Shown here piece after piece: positions 39,701 through 54,700 of a DNA stretch of 64,000 nucleotides (position 1 is its first letter; every line of letters begins with the position of its first letter). The notes beneath the pieces are model-generated. The model was not told where the DNA came from. It was given only the letters and a program-made list of their open reading frames with translations, and did no database searches. Position numbers and translations under genes: made by a program. Origin of the DNA: Mobula hypostoma (lineage: Eukaryota); the NCBI RefSeq assembly GCF_963921235.1, contig NC_086108.1, positions 82,400,001-82,464,000 of the forward strand, read 5' to 3'.

Positions 39701-42700
39701 TATGACAGGTCCCACATCAGAAGTGTTGCCTCACCTGGAAGGACTGTTTGGGATGCTGAATGGAAGTGAGTGAGCAGGGGTAACACCCTGGCCACACGCA
39801 AGATAAGTGCTGGATGAGAGATCAGTGGGGAGGGACAAATGGAGAACGGAATCACAGAGGCAGTGATCCCTGCGAGAAATGGAGAGTGATGGCGGGGGCG
39901 GGGGGTAAAGGTGTGTTTGGTGGTAGGATCCTTTTGGAGGTGGTGGAAGTTGCGGAGAATGTGTGTTGAACATGGAGGCTCATGGGCTGGTTGGTAAGGA
40001 CACTGCTAAGGCAGCAGGAAGATGGGGTGAGCGCAGATACCTAGGAAATAGAGGAGATGCGGATGAAGGCAACATCAATGGTGGACAAAGGGAAGCCCCG
40101 TTCTTTAAAGAAGGAGGACATATCTGACGTCCTGGAAAGGAAAGCCTCTTCCTGGGACAGATGCAGTGGAGATGAAGAAACTGAGAAAAGGGAATAGCAT
40201 TTTTACAGGAGACAAGATGGGAAGAGGAATAGTCAAGATAGCTGTGGGAATCGATAGATTTATGAAAGATGTCAGTCAACAGTTTTTCTCTGGATATGGA
40301 AACAGAGTGATCGAGAAAGGGGAGAGAGGTGTCAGGGACCAAGTGAATTTAAGGGTAGTTGGAGGCAAAGTTTTTTGCAATTGACAAGCTTAGCTTAGAT
40401 GCAGGAAACAGCACCAATGTAATCATCAATGTGGCATAGGAAGAGTAGGGGAGCATTACGGGGGAAGTCTTGGAACATGGACTGTTCTACCTAGCCAGTG
40501 AAAAGGCAGGCATCGCTGGGGCTCATGTGGGTGCCCATGGCTACCCCTCGAGTCTGATGGGGCAAATTTGGCATGTCTTCTTGACCATCACCAACTTTTA
40601 TCAATGCACCACAGTCAGCACTTTATCTGGATTCATCATGGCTTGGTATGGCGACTACTCTGACCATGACTTCAAGAAAATGCAGAGTTGTGGACACAGT
40701 CCAGCACATTACTGAAAACCAGCCTCCCCTCGAAGGTCTCTGTTTACACTTCTTGCTGCCTCAGAAAAGCAGCCAGAAAATCAAAGGTCCCTCCTACTCT
40801 AGACATTCCCTTTTCAGCCCCCTCCCATTGTGCAGGAGATACAAAGGACTGAAAGTATGTACCACTAGGCTCATGGACAGCTTTGGTCCCACAGATTTAA
40901 GGCTATTGAATGTTTCCCAGTGAGATGGACTCTTTACTGAATATCTACGTTGTTGTGACTTTGTACCTTATGTCTACCTGCACTGTACTTTGTTTGTACA
41001 GTATGTGACGAGAATACACATAAAATTAAGATGTTTGCTGGCCTGGGTTAGCATCAGTGACATCAGCAAGTGGTCTGCCACCTGTCCTCAGGGGAAGGAG
41101 AGATAAGGAACAATGGAGCAGCGTCTGGAGATGTGTAATGAAGGGATGGGGGAGAGAGAGCTGTCCAGAGCGGCTCCCCCTTTGAACCCTGAACTGTTTG
41201 AAGTGATGGACAGGCGATACCCCAGCAGGGGGATAAAAAGGGACAGGTTCACTAAGGCAGGACACACATGACACCCGAGGTAACGAGACCCTGGAAGCGG
41301 TGCGCCTCTCATGAGTCGGTGGGAAGTACCGGACAACGCACAGGGTGGAAAGGTACGATCAGCGGGAACCCGGTGTGTGTCCGCCCTTGCTTGGGTGCCG
41401 GGTTCACTGCAGAGGATCGACCGCATCTGGAGGAGGGGTCACAGTCGGTGACCTCAGGTGACATCACCAAGGACCTGCCCGAAAGCTGCTTGTGAGCCAT
41501 ATCGCCGGTCTGTGAGTGGAAGCCGTGTCTGAATGATCAGTCGTTCCCATTCTCTCTCTCTCTCCCCCCACATTGTCCATCGCCATGGCAACGATTACTG
41601 CGAACTGAACTAAATTGGACTGAACTTTTGTGTCACTTTGAAATTTGGTCATTTACCCCTAGACAACGATAGAGCTTGATTGATGCTGTTATCTTAATTC
41701 TGTGCACATGTGTGTTTATCATTGCTGAACTGTTACATTTATTATCCTTTCGATTACTGTGTTGCTTGTTTCTTTAATAAAACTTTCTTAGTTCTAGTAA
41801 TCCAGACTCCAACTGAGTGATCCATTTCTGTTGGTTTGGCAACCCAGTTACGGGGTACGTAACAAGTAACAGTCTGTTATTGTTCTACCTTGTACTACTG
41901 CCATGTAATGAATTGTAATGAATTAATCTGTATGGATAATATGCAAGACAAGTTTTTCATTGTACCTTGGTATATGTGACAATAAAAGAACAGTTTAATA
42001 TTAATAAAATGTTTTGTGCTATTCCTTAACAATTGCTTATCATATACAGTATGTACTTTCAGTTTAATTATGGATAGTGTTAGGGTGAACATAGAAGATA
42101 TAAGATGGAATGAAACAAATCTACTTAGAGTAATATGATGTAAGAAGATACAGAAAATCAATTTTGGAAAAGATTGTTTATTGAACTCTTACATAACTCA
42201 GGAACTGCCTGTTTTATAACTTACTCCATTGATCATAAATCTGATATAATTACTTATTAATGTCTTTGTTAACTATTCAACTATGAGTGCCTTTGGTGTT
42301 GACAATGCTATCATACTGGAAGACTTTCAGTATAACTCAACAGCTCATAAAGCTTGCTGAAAGACTGTGACTAAGAAAGTTGGCCAGGGCAGGTCGGTAG
42401 ATAATATTTATATGGACTACAGAACAAACAAGACTAACTTGGATGGGGAACTTTTGTCAGCATGGACCAAAAGGGTCGAGGGGCCTCTTTCCATGCTCTG
42501 ACTCCAGGTTATGACATAGAAATCTATTAAGTTCAGTTCTATGTCATAACCTACACTTGGTCTAACCAAATGTAATATCAATATCAAGTAAGACTTACTT
42601 GATTTTCCTTTTTGCAGAGTCCCAGAGTTGCAGCTGGCTTCAGGGCAACAGGAGGAATAGGGTGAGTTTATGCTAAGGAAGAGGATGAAAAGCATGTATA

Positions 42701-45700
42701 TGTTCAAGCTCTAATGGAGATTTTAGTTGATTTTTTTAATATTTGGAATTGATTCATCAAAGGCTTGAAAATGTGAAGTTCTCTGGGGAACAAGATTAAG
42801 TTGTTAGCTTGGACAAGTGATCCTATGTTTAAAGAAAATAGCTAGAAACAGATTTTATGTATTGTGATACAGAAGTGGAAAAATACTAATAGTCCCTCCC
42901 CACCTCTGTAACTTCGTCTCAAATATCTGAAAACTCTGCTTTCTTCCAATTCTGCTCCTCAGCCATCCCCTGTTCTTTCTTCATGTTATTTGATGGTTTT
43001 GTCTTCAGTCCCCCTAGCTCGAAGTCCTGGAATTCATTCTCTACACTTGTTTCTCTTCCTCCTCCTTTTCAGCACTCTTTACAATGCACAACTTTCACCT
43101 TTTCATAATGCCTCTATCTTTAGTATTTCCTGCATTTGTCTGGTTCTACTTTGTGAAGGTCACATCTGATGAAGTTTCAAGGTGAGTATGATGTGCTAAA
43201 CATACCCAAATACTCATCATCGTTATGTGCTCTGTCAGTATGAGGTGGGCAATCATGGACCCCATGACCATGATTGTTCTTGACAAATTTTTCTACAGAA
43301 GTGGTTTGCCATTGCCACCTTCTGGGCAGTGTCTTTACAAGATGGGATACCCCAGCCATTATCAATACTCTTCAGAGATGGTCTGCCTGGCATCAGCGGT
43401 CGCATAACCAGGACTTGTGATATGCACCAGCTGCTCATACAACCGTCCACCCCTGCTCTCATGGCTTCACATGACCCTGATCGGGGGGTGGGGGGTGGTA
43501 AGCAGGTGCTACACCTTGCCCAAGGGTGACCTGGAGACTAATGGAGGGAGGGAGCACTTTACACCTCCTTTGGTGGGAACGTATCTCCACACTGCCACCC
43601 AACCCTAAGCTAAACACTATGCAAGGTAAAGTATTGAAGATGCTGGAAATCTGACCCAGAAAGCAAATGATGGAAGTAGTCATGAGTTCAAGCAGGAGGT
43701 AGGGTGAGGGAAATTATTAACATTCATCAGAATTATTGACCTAAATCTTTAATCTTGTTTTTTTTTTCCTTGACTAACGTTTCCTGAGCTGTGCTATTTA
43801 AAAGAAAATAACCACAACTTTCAATCATAGGGAAAGTAAGTCAGAGACTTGGCGAAGTGAAATAAGGCGGGAGGAGAAGATGGCGCGACGCAGCTCGCAG
43901 CGGCCACTCCAGTGAATGATATCTGTTATCTGTCAAGTAGGGTGCCGTGCACAATCCTGATTTGATGGAGACAGACGTGAGAGTACGGAGGAACATCTGG
44001 TGAAACTTCTGAAATGCCTGCTTCGCTGCCTCTGCTACTGTGTGGTCCAGAATCTCCGGAGGGGAAGGCCGCGAGTCCTCGGCTTTGCTTGTTGCTCGGC
44101 GGCCGGGGCTGGGGTCGAAGTGCTCGGCAGAGATGGCGCTCGGCGCTCGGTGTCGGGGGGCTGGTCGGAGGCTCGAAGTTTTCGGACGGACTCAGAGTGC
44201 TTCCAATGGTGCTTCCAATGGTGCTGCATCAGCAAGTTTGTGGCGCTTGGAGGTTCATGGCAGGGAGAGTTTCTCCCTTCTACCGTCTGCGTGAGATGAT
44301 GGGGCTATCGGGACTTGAGACTTTTTTTTACCGTGCCCATGGTCTGCTCTTTATCAAATTACAGTATTGCTTTGCACTGTTGTAACTATATGTTACAATT
44401 ACGTGGTTTTGTCAGTTTTAGTCTTGGTTTGTCCTGTGTTTCTGTGATATCTTTCTGGAGGAACATTGTATCATTTTTTAATGCATGCATTTCTAAATGA
44501 CAATAAACGAGGACTGAGTGTCCTCATAATCTAAAATCTAAAGTGGGTAAAATTAAACAGAAAAGACTGGAGATACTTAGCAGGTCAGGCTGCATTTAAT
44601 GATGGGTCTATGAGCAGAAACGTCAACTCTATTTCTCTTCCCATAGATATGGCCTCACCTGATGATTATTTCCAGCATTTCCTGTTTCTATTTCATATTT
44701 CCATCATCTTCAGTTTTCTTTTGACTTTCACTTACAGAGGTGACACTGCTTAATGTGCTTCTTAATCAGGCTGCTCAAATATGTAATGCCAATGGACTAA
44801 AATATTAAAGAATTATAAAGACAAACAGAATACTACAAATGCTAGGAATTAAAGCTGAAGAAATGTTGTTGGAAATACCCAACAGGTTAGTCAACATCTG
44901 CGGACAGTGGATCAAAATGTCAGATTGATGGCTCCTGAAGGATAGATATTTCTGACTTATACATCACATTTTTTTTATTAGAGGAATGTCTCATCTGCCC
45001 TTTCTCTAAACTGCAATAATCGAATGTAGTCAAATTAAGGTTTAGAAATAAGATGACATTTTATGGAAGCTTCTCTGGAAATACGTTTGCAAAGGTAAGT
45101 GGAACTGTTGGATTTTAGAATGTCAATTAAATATTCTGACCTAGAATATTCTGCAGGATGAGAAAAGGTTTGTATTTCTACAGTATCATTCATGTCCTCT
45201 TCAGGATGTTCTAAGTGCTTTACAAACATGAAGTAGTTTTTATAGCAAGGAAATGTGGCAGACGTCATCTGAATGACGCAGGGAAAAATCTTTTAAATAG
45301 TATCATGGGATCTGCACATATACTAGTAGACCAGACAAGTTCTTAGTTTAATACCTCACCTAACACACTGCATCACTGAAAGTGTAACTCTACATCAATA
45401 TTGCCTGGGCATGTCATCTTAGATTTTTGTGCCGAAAGGGATTTGAAACCTCAACCTTCTGAATTCAAGGCAAATATGAAGTAAAGTGAAAACTTTAAAT
45501 GATGGTCAAATTCACAATAGTACATGGTTCAAACTATTTAATTTTTCCTTTTTAAATTAAGATTGTATGGCTTGCGATGAAAAGCTGCAAGATTTGACAT
45601 GCAGAGGGCTGGCCACAATGGGGAGTGATTCCTGCCCGGAGCTTATTTGCATGTTTTGAAATCTATTTCCCCAAGAGCAATGTGAAATGGATAAATGAAA

Positions 45701-48700
45701 CTTTGCAGGATGTACAGATATGGATATGGATCTTCGGATAATCAGCAAAAGTCACACTTGGGAGAAGGAGACATGGGAAGAGTTAGGCATGCTATCTAAA
45801 CATGTCCATGCTATATACGGTCAAAATGCCCCCAGCTTAGCTCGTGGACCCAAGTTTTGTGATTCTTAGTCAGTCATAGGTTGAAGTGGTAAGGATACCT
45901 TTCTGATGCCAGCAGACAATGATTTTGCTGTGTAGGTAGCACCCTGTATTTCTGAGGATGCTGAACTCGAGTGGTTTAGGGAGATTCAGGACCATGAATC
46001 TCCTCCCTCTTTCATTCCTGTAGAATGTTATTAAAATTGAGAAAACTTGTTCTTGAGTTTGACATTGTTTTTTTCATATATTTGTAGGTCAGTTAAGGAA
46101 CTATGGAAACACCACGTTGCAGTAACGGTGAGGTCAAACTCCATTTCCAATTTATAAATTATGTGGAAATATTTTGATTATTCAGTTTTCTCATTGCTCA
46201 GACATCTTGCTTACAAGCTCACTTAAAATAGGCATCCATTAGTCTTGTGAGACCATGGATTTGCGCCTTGGAAGGTTTTCCAGCAAGTTGTATGGAAGAC
46301 TGGCAGTTGCCCATGCTGCAAGTCTCCCCTCTCCACGCCACCGATGTTGTCCAAGGGGAGGACACTAAGGCCGATACAGCTTGGCACCGGTGTTGTCGCA
46401 GAGCAATGTGTGGTTAAGTGCCTTGCTCAAGGACACAACACCCTGCCTCAGCTGAGGCTCGAACTAGCGACTTTCAGATCAATGCCTTAACCACTTGGCC
46501 ACGTGCCAACATAAACTCACCTTATACCCAGTTTAATCTCAGCTAACATCTAACACGGAACACATTTTCCTTGTGCTTACAGTAATTTGCAGTTTTGTAA
46601 CATTGTTACTGATATTTCACAACTTCTGATTTGTGAAACGTAGAAATGACACAGGGAAATTGTAGAACATAGAAATAGGCAAAGAAAAGTATGTTAGTTG
46701 AGAAATTGTCTCATGCCAGAAATGGGGTAGTAAATCAATGTTATTTGGGTTCTAGGTTGTGTTTTCTTTATAGGCCCTGTTAAATAATATTAATGATCTT
46801 TTTCTGTAAGGTGCATAAAAAGGTGCTGGCTTCTAGGCCAAAGAATGGTGAGACTGTAAGAAATCCACAGATCCATTTATTTTGTTCATTGTGTCATGTA
46901 ATTTATGTATAATTTATGCTAATTTAGGTTTATATAATTTTTGTTTCTCATGCTTGTAATGTACTGTCCTGCTGCTGGAAAAAATGGTAATTTCATTGCA
47001 TTTATACCCTGGGTATGTATGCTTATGAAAATAAACTTGAATAAGTGTCATATTGAGATTGTAGAGATTGATAGGTTCTTGACTGGACATGGCATCAAAG
47101 GTTATGGGGAGAAGGCCAGGGAGTGGGGCTGAGGAGGGAAAAAGGATCAGTCATGGTTGAATGGTGGAGCAGTCTCGAATGGCCAAATGGCCTAATTCTG
47201 CTCCTATGTCTTATGGTCTTATATTTATTTAAAAATGGTGGCTGCAAATGGCACTGCTGCCGCATGGCTTGGGGGCACTTGTTTGGTCCTGACCTTGGGT
47301 GTTATCAGTGAGGAGTTTGCGTGTTCTCCTCATGAGATCTCATGGGTTTCTGCTATGTGCTCCAAATTCCTCTCACGTACCATAGAAGAACTGGTAGATT
47401 AATTGTGTTGTGTACATTACCACTTAATAACGGTAGCAACTAGTAAGGAGAATTAAAGAGGATTGGATTGGCACGTGAGAGAAAATAATTTGCAGGCCAG
47501 AGGGATATAAGAAAATGATTGGGATTAAAGTGATTTGCTCTGCTGGATGTGATGAGCCAATTGGCCTTCTCCTGACATATTATGAACTAGGATCTTGTTG
47601 ATTTGTGGGTAGTTAATTTCAGAGAAAAAAAAGACATTGCAAAGATCATGAGGGAGAGTTCTTGTATTTTCTCTAGGCATACCGTGAAGAATATATGAAT
47701 GCTTGGAAACACCAGAACATTGAAGTTTTACTCTGTCCATCAATAGGACCTGCATTTAATATCGGATATGCAGGAAAATTGTCAGGTGAGGAACAATTGA
47801 GGATGAACCTCTTCAAAGGCCCCCAGAACTTAGAACTACATCAGAGAAGTATGGATAGATTCAAAGTTCGATGGTGCTACTTCACACATGGGGAGAGGGG
47901 GTGTTACCAGAAGAGACATACAGGTTTCTACTGGATAATTGTGGATGAACTTCAGATATGGGTGTAATATTTTGTGTTTTTTTTGTTTGAATGAAATAAC
48001 AATGATTATTATCAAAAAAAAATCCCCTCCATTTGATGCAGAAACATCATTATTTCAATCTGAGTGTAAATGGACTCAGTCACAAATGAAATTCACTTCA
48101 TAAATTAGATGGCAGTCATTGTTGATGAATGTGTATTTTGAAAATGCTGAATTAGAGGCATGTACATTTTAGAAATAAAATACTAACAATACACAATATT
48201 TCAGACATTATTTCATTGTCCTGAATGAAATTCCATTTTGTGCCATTGCTATGATTGTATCAATGAAGCTGACTGTCTCTACAAGTTCATTAGATTTCTG
48301 TCTGTGGACAGTAATAACATTATGAGTCCAGAGTACTGAGTACACTGCTCATTTAGCAACATCGAATTACACAGTGCAGAAAATGGCCCTTTGGCCCAAC
48401 TTGTCCATGCTGTCCAAGATGGTCTCACATGCCTGCATTTGGTTCCTATCTCTCTAAAGCCTTTCTTTTCACATACTTGACAATGTGACTTTTAAATGTT
48501 TTAACTGTTTTCCTCTGGTAGCACATAGCCACCACTCACTGTGCGGAAAGATTGCCCGTCAGGTCCCTTTTGAAGTCCTTCCCTCTCACCGTTAATATAT
48601 AACCTCTCATATTAGGGACCCACTCTGTGAAAAAGACTATGACCATTCTCCTTTACATGGCCTCAGCAAAGCAGCCAGCACGATCAAAGATCCTATCCAT

Positions 48701-51700
48701 TCTAGACATCTTGTCTCTCCCGTCAGGAGAAGAAACAAAATGCTCAGACAGCTGTTATCTCACTGTTATAAAAGTATTGAATGTTTCCCTATCAGAATCA
48801 GAATCAGGTTTAATATCCCCGGATAGGTTGTGATATTTGTTGTCTTTGCAGCAGCAGGTTAATGCAATACATAGTAATAATAGACAAAAAAAGTATAGTG
48901 TGATAAGTATATGATAAATCTCTTCTATTTCATGCATGTCTATCCTCACCCCAACCTCCCGCCACTCCACCAGGGATAAGGTTCCTCTTGTCCTCACCTG
49001 CCACCCCACCAGCCTCTGTGTCCAGCACATAATTCTCCGTAACTTCCTCCATCTCCAACAGGATCCCACTACCAAACACATCCCCCCCCACCACAACTTT
49101 CTGCTTTCCGCAGGCAGGGATCACTCCCTACGCGATTCCATTGTCCATGCCATCCCTCCCCACTGATCTCTCTCCTGGTACTTATCCTTGCAAGCGGAAC
49201 AAGTGCTACACCTGCCCCTACACCTCCTCTCTCACTACCATTCAGGGCCCCAAACAGTCCTTCCAGGTGAGGCGACACTTCACCTGTGAGTCTGTTGGGG
49301 TGATATACTGTATCTGGTACTCCTGGTGTGGCCTCCTGTATATCAGTGAGATACAACATAGGTTGGGAGACCCCGCTTTGCTGAGCACGTACGCTCCATC
49401 CACCACAAAAAGTGGGATCTCCCAGTGGCCACCCATTTTAATTCCACTTCCCATTCCCATTCCGACGTGTCAGTCCATGGCCTCCTCTACTGTCACGACG
49501 AGGCTCCACTCAGGTTGGAGGAGCAACACCTTGTGTTCCATCCAGGTAACTTCCAACCTGATGGCATGAATGTTGACTTCTCAAACCTCTGGTAATACCC
49601 CCCCCCCCCTTCACCATTCCCATTCCCTTTTCCCTCTCTCACATTATCACCTTAACTGCCCATCACCTTTCTCTGGTGCTCCTCTCCCTTTTCTTTCTTC
49701 TATGGCCTCTCCTATCTGATTCCCCCTTTTCCAGCCCTGTACCTCTTTCACCAATTAACTTCCCAGCTCTTTATTTCACCCCTCCCTCTCTCCCGGTGAA
49801 CCTGTCACCTGGTGTATCTTCCTCCCCTCCTTCCACCTTCTTACACTGACTCCTCATCTTTTTTCCTCCAGGCCTGATGAAGTGCCTCGGCCCAAATCAT
49901 CGTCTTTTCCATAGTTGTTGCCTGGACTGCTGAGTTCCTCCAGCATTTTGTGTGTGTTGTTTGTTAGTATGATAAGTCCTGTCCATCTTCCCTGAAAGAC
50001 CACAGGTAACTGCCTTTACATAGGGGTATTGACCAGTATGTCCCTTGTTATTATCACAGGAGATAGAAGAACCTCAAAAAAATACAAACTAATTGTTTAA
50101 ATATATTTTCTTTTTAGCCGCATCCAGCTATATGGTTATTTTCAACTTGTTAAATTTTCCTGCGGGTGTTGTGCCAGTCACCAAAGTAACAACAGAAGAT
50201 GAAAAAGAGCTGATGAATTATACTGGTTACCAAAATGATATTTGGGACAAAACTTTCAAGAAGGTCAGTGGGATGAAGCTTCACTCTACTATGGCACTGT
50301 TTTATTATTGTACTGGTTTCTGCTCTTTTTGTGGGACTTAAACACAGGTTTACATTAATTAAATAGCAGAGCTTGTTTACAGAGCAGAGTCTTAGAATAT
50401 TGATATTTGCTGGGAACTTTGTGATTTCGGAAGCATTATAATATTACCTTAACATTAATTGCAGCAGGAATATTCAGTGGCTGTACAGGCAATGCAACTC
50501 TAGCCATTTGCAATGTTATAATTGTGACATGGCGGTGTTAAGCATATCTACAGTATATATTCAGCTGCTGTAATAACATTCTTAACGAGTGTGACTTTGG
50601 CTCTCATCCCAAAACTTCCGCTAATTCAGAATTTTTCTGATTTTAATTGCTCCATCGCAAACGCCAACATTTCTGGAATTACTTTCCTAAACTTCTCAAT
50701 TGCTATTTGCTCTTTTGAGACTCTCCCTTAGAGCCATGTATTTGAACAAGTTCTCAGTCATTTGTCTTAATATCAATTTATGTGGCTTTATTATGCCATT
50801 ACACAAAATTTTTCATTTTCCTGTGGTAAAGGCACTATATAAATACAAATTATTACATAGAACAAAACAGGCTCTTTGACCCATGATGTTGTGCCATCCT
50901 TTTAACCTACTCCAAGATCAATCTAGCCTTTCCCTCCGACTTAGGCCTCCATTATCCTTTCATCCATGAGTCTATCTGAGAGTTTGTGTAAAACACTATC
51001 TCTGACATCCCCCTATACATTCCTCCTGTCATAAACTTATGCCCTCTTGTATAGTTGAAATTGTTTCAGATTAGCAATACTGCATGACTATTTGGAACCG
51101 GTGATAAAAAAAAACACCTTGCTTCAAAATGGTTTAAGGCTTCACAGTACATTGAAGTACCTTCAACATCCCTAGGCCTCAACACTGCCTTCCCAGCTTA
51201 AGACCATAAGATATAGGAGTAGAATTAGTCCATTCGGCCCACTGAGTCTGCTCTGCCATTTTAGCATGGCTGATCCATTTCCCTCACAGTCCCAATCTCC
51301 TGCCTCCTCCCCATGCCCTGACTATTCAAGAATCTATCAAACTCTGCTTTAGATATACTTGGACTCCGCAGCCAGTTCTACAGATTCACCACTTTCTGGC
51401 TGATTCCGGTCAAAATGGCACCAGCAAACATCAATTCCTTGGGTGACACCTTCCAGATAGTCAATTATTTCTCTTTTTCTACATTCTCTACTTATTCTTT
51501 GTATCTTAATTGTGCTTCTAAAACTATTGGAGCCTGTGACTTACAATTTGGGGTTTGCACGAGTGACCTAGTGCTCTGCTGTCCCTGAGAAAATTCCAGG
51601 AGAGGAGCGTGAGCACGAGCGACCTTGAGGAGAAGCTCAGAGACAGGGTGTCGGGCCATGATCAACTCCATTTCTCCCCGATTAAAGTGTCGAGGATGAT

Positions 51701-54700
51701 TGAAACATCGAGGCGAATGTGGAGGAGAGTGAGCGAGAGGGGAGCTGCTGTGTTCAGCGGTCGGTCTCTACAGAAGGCCACACTGCTGTGTCGAGTAGTT
51801 TCTCTCTACAGAAGGCCTGCATTTGAGGGGTCGCTCTCCTCGATGCTGATGGAAGATGTTATCAAAATTGTAAGATCTATGTGATTATCGGTGTGGACTG
51901 TAGCTCATATTGGTCTCCTTCAGTTTTCTGTGCTTTGTTTCTCGTTGCCGATTGGCGTGTTGGGGGTTGGTAGTCTGGGTGATCTGTTAGCTTTTTATTT
52001 GCGACAGATGGGGTTTGGGGCTTGATGTTATGGTTGCTGTATTTTTTTTGCGAGGGAGGGGTTGGGGGTTTAGGGTTTGATGTTCTAGCTGCTGTTTTCC
52101 GTGTGGGCGATCTGTTAGTTATTGTGCGAGGGAGGGGGTTGGGGGTTTGGGGTTTGCATGTTTTTGTTTCTTTTTCTTATTTGTGTGAGGGGTTTGATGT
52201 CTTTTTTCACAACAACCTCCATTGTTTTTCTGTTTTGTGGCTATGTGGAGAAGACGAATCTCAGAGTATTCTACATACATACTTTGATAATAAAAAGAAT
52301 CTTTGAAGCTTTAAAGAAGTTGCTCCTCATCTCCATTCTATATGGATGCCCTTCCATTCCGAGGCTGTGTGCTCTAGTCTTAGGTTCCCCCACCATAGAA
52401 AACATCCTCTCCACATCCACTCTATCGAGGCCTTTCAACATTTGATAGGTTTCAGTGAGGTCACCCCTCATTCTTCTGAATTGCACTGAGTACAGGCCCA
52501 GAGCCATCAAACACTCCTCATATGATAAGCCTTTCCTTCCCAGAATAATTTTCGTGAAGCTCCTTTGAACCCTCTCCAATGTCAGCTTTCTTAGACAGAG
52601 GGCCCAGTACTGCTCGCAATACTCCAAGTGAGAGCTCATCAGTGTCTTATAAGGCCTCAACATTACACCCTTGCATATATATTCTAGTCTTCTCGAAATG
52701 AATGCTATATTAACATCTCATTTGCCTTCCTCACCACTCATTCAACTGGAACCCTATAATCTACATAATCTTTGACCTCCTTGTTCAAATGGGCATTAGG
52801 TGTGTTTTTTTTAATGAGGATCTTAGAAGAAGAAAGAGCGAAAGGGAGTTTTAGGAAGGAAATTCCGGAAATTAAGGCTACCATTGGTGGTGCATGATCA
52901 TATTGAATAACAGAATTATTAGTTGACCTGTTCCTGCTCCTGTTTCTGAGGCTCTTGTGTTCTGATCATTTTAGATTGATAGTCTTTTGGTGAATATTTG
53001 TAACTGACTTTTGAGAAGTTGTAGGTTATCATATTTCAAGACACGCAGTTCTAAATGCCACCGTTGGCTCTGCCTTCACTTTGAATAACTGGCAGATGGC
53101 TTAAGATTCAACTTCATATTGCTGTTTTATTCATGACAATTTACCAGAATTCCCTCTAAGATTACATTATGATGAAACTAATAGCTGCAAATTCAGCTAC
53201 CTGAAGTCTTGAAGCTGCAGAAGAGTTACTCTGGAATTTAATAAGCCTTGTGATAACAAACACCTTGCTCCTAGGAGGTTTAATGTTTCACAGCACTGTC
53301 ATGATTCTCCGACATCTCCAGACTCAGGTTACACTTGGATGAAGCTCTCCTCCACTGAGCTTTGTAGTAATATTTTTAAAAAGTTGAAATGTGTTTATCT
53401 TTAGTTGGTGGTAGGTGAAGAATCGGTGTTACTTTAGTAAACTGGTCTTTCAACATGTACTATCCCTCTTTCCATGTTTTAAAGAGATCCACTGAAGTGC
53501 CAGAACATTGGGTTCTGCAAACTGAGCCAATATCCGTGCTGCAAAAAATCAATGCAAACAATGCAACCTCCATCTTCTAATTTTGAATTTAGCTCATCTT
53601 ATAGAGCTATGTGAGTTTAAAAAAGAAAGACTTGTATTTAAAGTGTATCTTACGCAGTTTTAGGACATTCCTACGTATTTTGCATTGATTATGTGTCTCT
53701 TTAACGTATTCACTGTTCTGATGTTTGCCTGAAAGGCAGCAACTATAATAGTGCAGTCTTGTTGTTTCCCTGTTGTGTCAGCTGGATTGGTCCCTGGAAC
53801 AGGAACCCACACCATCTTGACTAAGAGGCGAGAGTGGCTACAGTAATAGGGCAGCTGTCACCATTAAATTTGAAGTAGACAAATTATTATCTGCAACATT
53901 ATGTTGCATTTGTTCATAAACACATTTGCTTGTTAATGGCTGATGAAAGTGTAAAGTTTATAAACAGCCATGTTAATTCAGCATTTAGCAGTAATCTTTG
54001 TACCTGGGTGTGCTCAGCTGGAAAGAACAGTGACATGGAGCACTGGATCAGCTGACTTCTTTGTCTTTTCTACAGAGGCAGCACAGTTAATGAGCCAACA
54101 GCTAATTGTAAATGCTATTGATTAGATTGAAGAGGTATTGTTTGCCTTGGTGGATGTGGCTAGATAATGGAATTTCATTGTACTCACATTTCCTATCAAA
54201 CCTAGGTACAAGAAAAGCTCCCGATGTGGCCTCTTATATATTGGCGAGACCCGACGCAGACTGGGAGACCGCTTTGCTGAACATCTACGCTCTGTCCGCC
54301 AGAGAAAGCAGGATCTCCCAGTGGCCACACATTTCAATTCCACATCCCATTCCCATTCTGACATGTCTATCCACGGCCTCCTCTACTGTAATGATGAAGC
54401 CACACTCAGGTTGGAGGAACAACACCTTATATTCCGTCTGGGTAGCCTCCAACCTGATGGCATGAACATCGACTTCTCTAACTTCCGCTAATGCCCCACC
54501 TCCCCCTCGTACCCCATCTGTTACTTATTTTTATACACACATTCTTTCTCTCACTCTCCTTTTTCTCCCTCTGTCCCTCTGAATATACCCCTTGCCCATC
54601 CTCTGGGTCCCCCCCCCTTGTCTTTCTTCCCGGACCTCCTGTCCCATGATCCTCTCGTATCCCTTTTGCTTATCACCTGTCCAGCTCTCGGCTCTATCCC

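Noticed and set aside
44000..44500. Overlapping short ORFs in a GC-rich patch
   Set aside because: No recognisable motifs; expected by chance at this GC content inside a repeat.
46440..46508. tRNA gene
   Set aside because: The A/B boxes belong to a SINE head with a deleted anticodon region and a CORE-like body.
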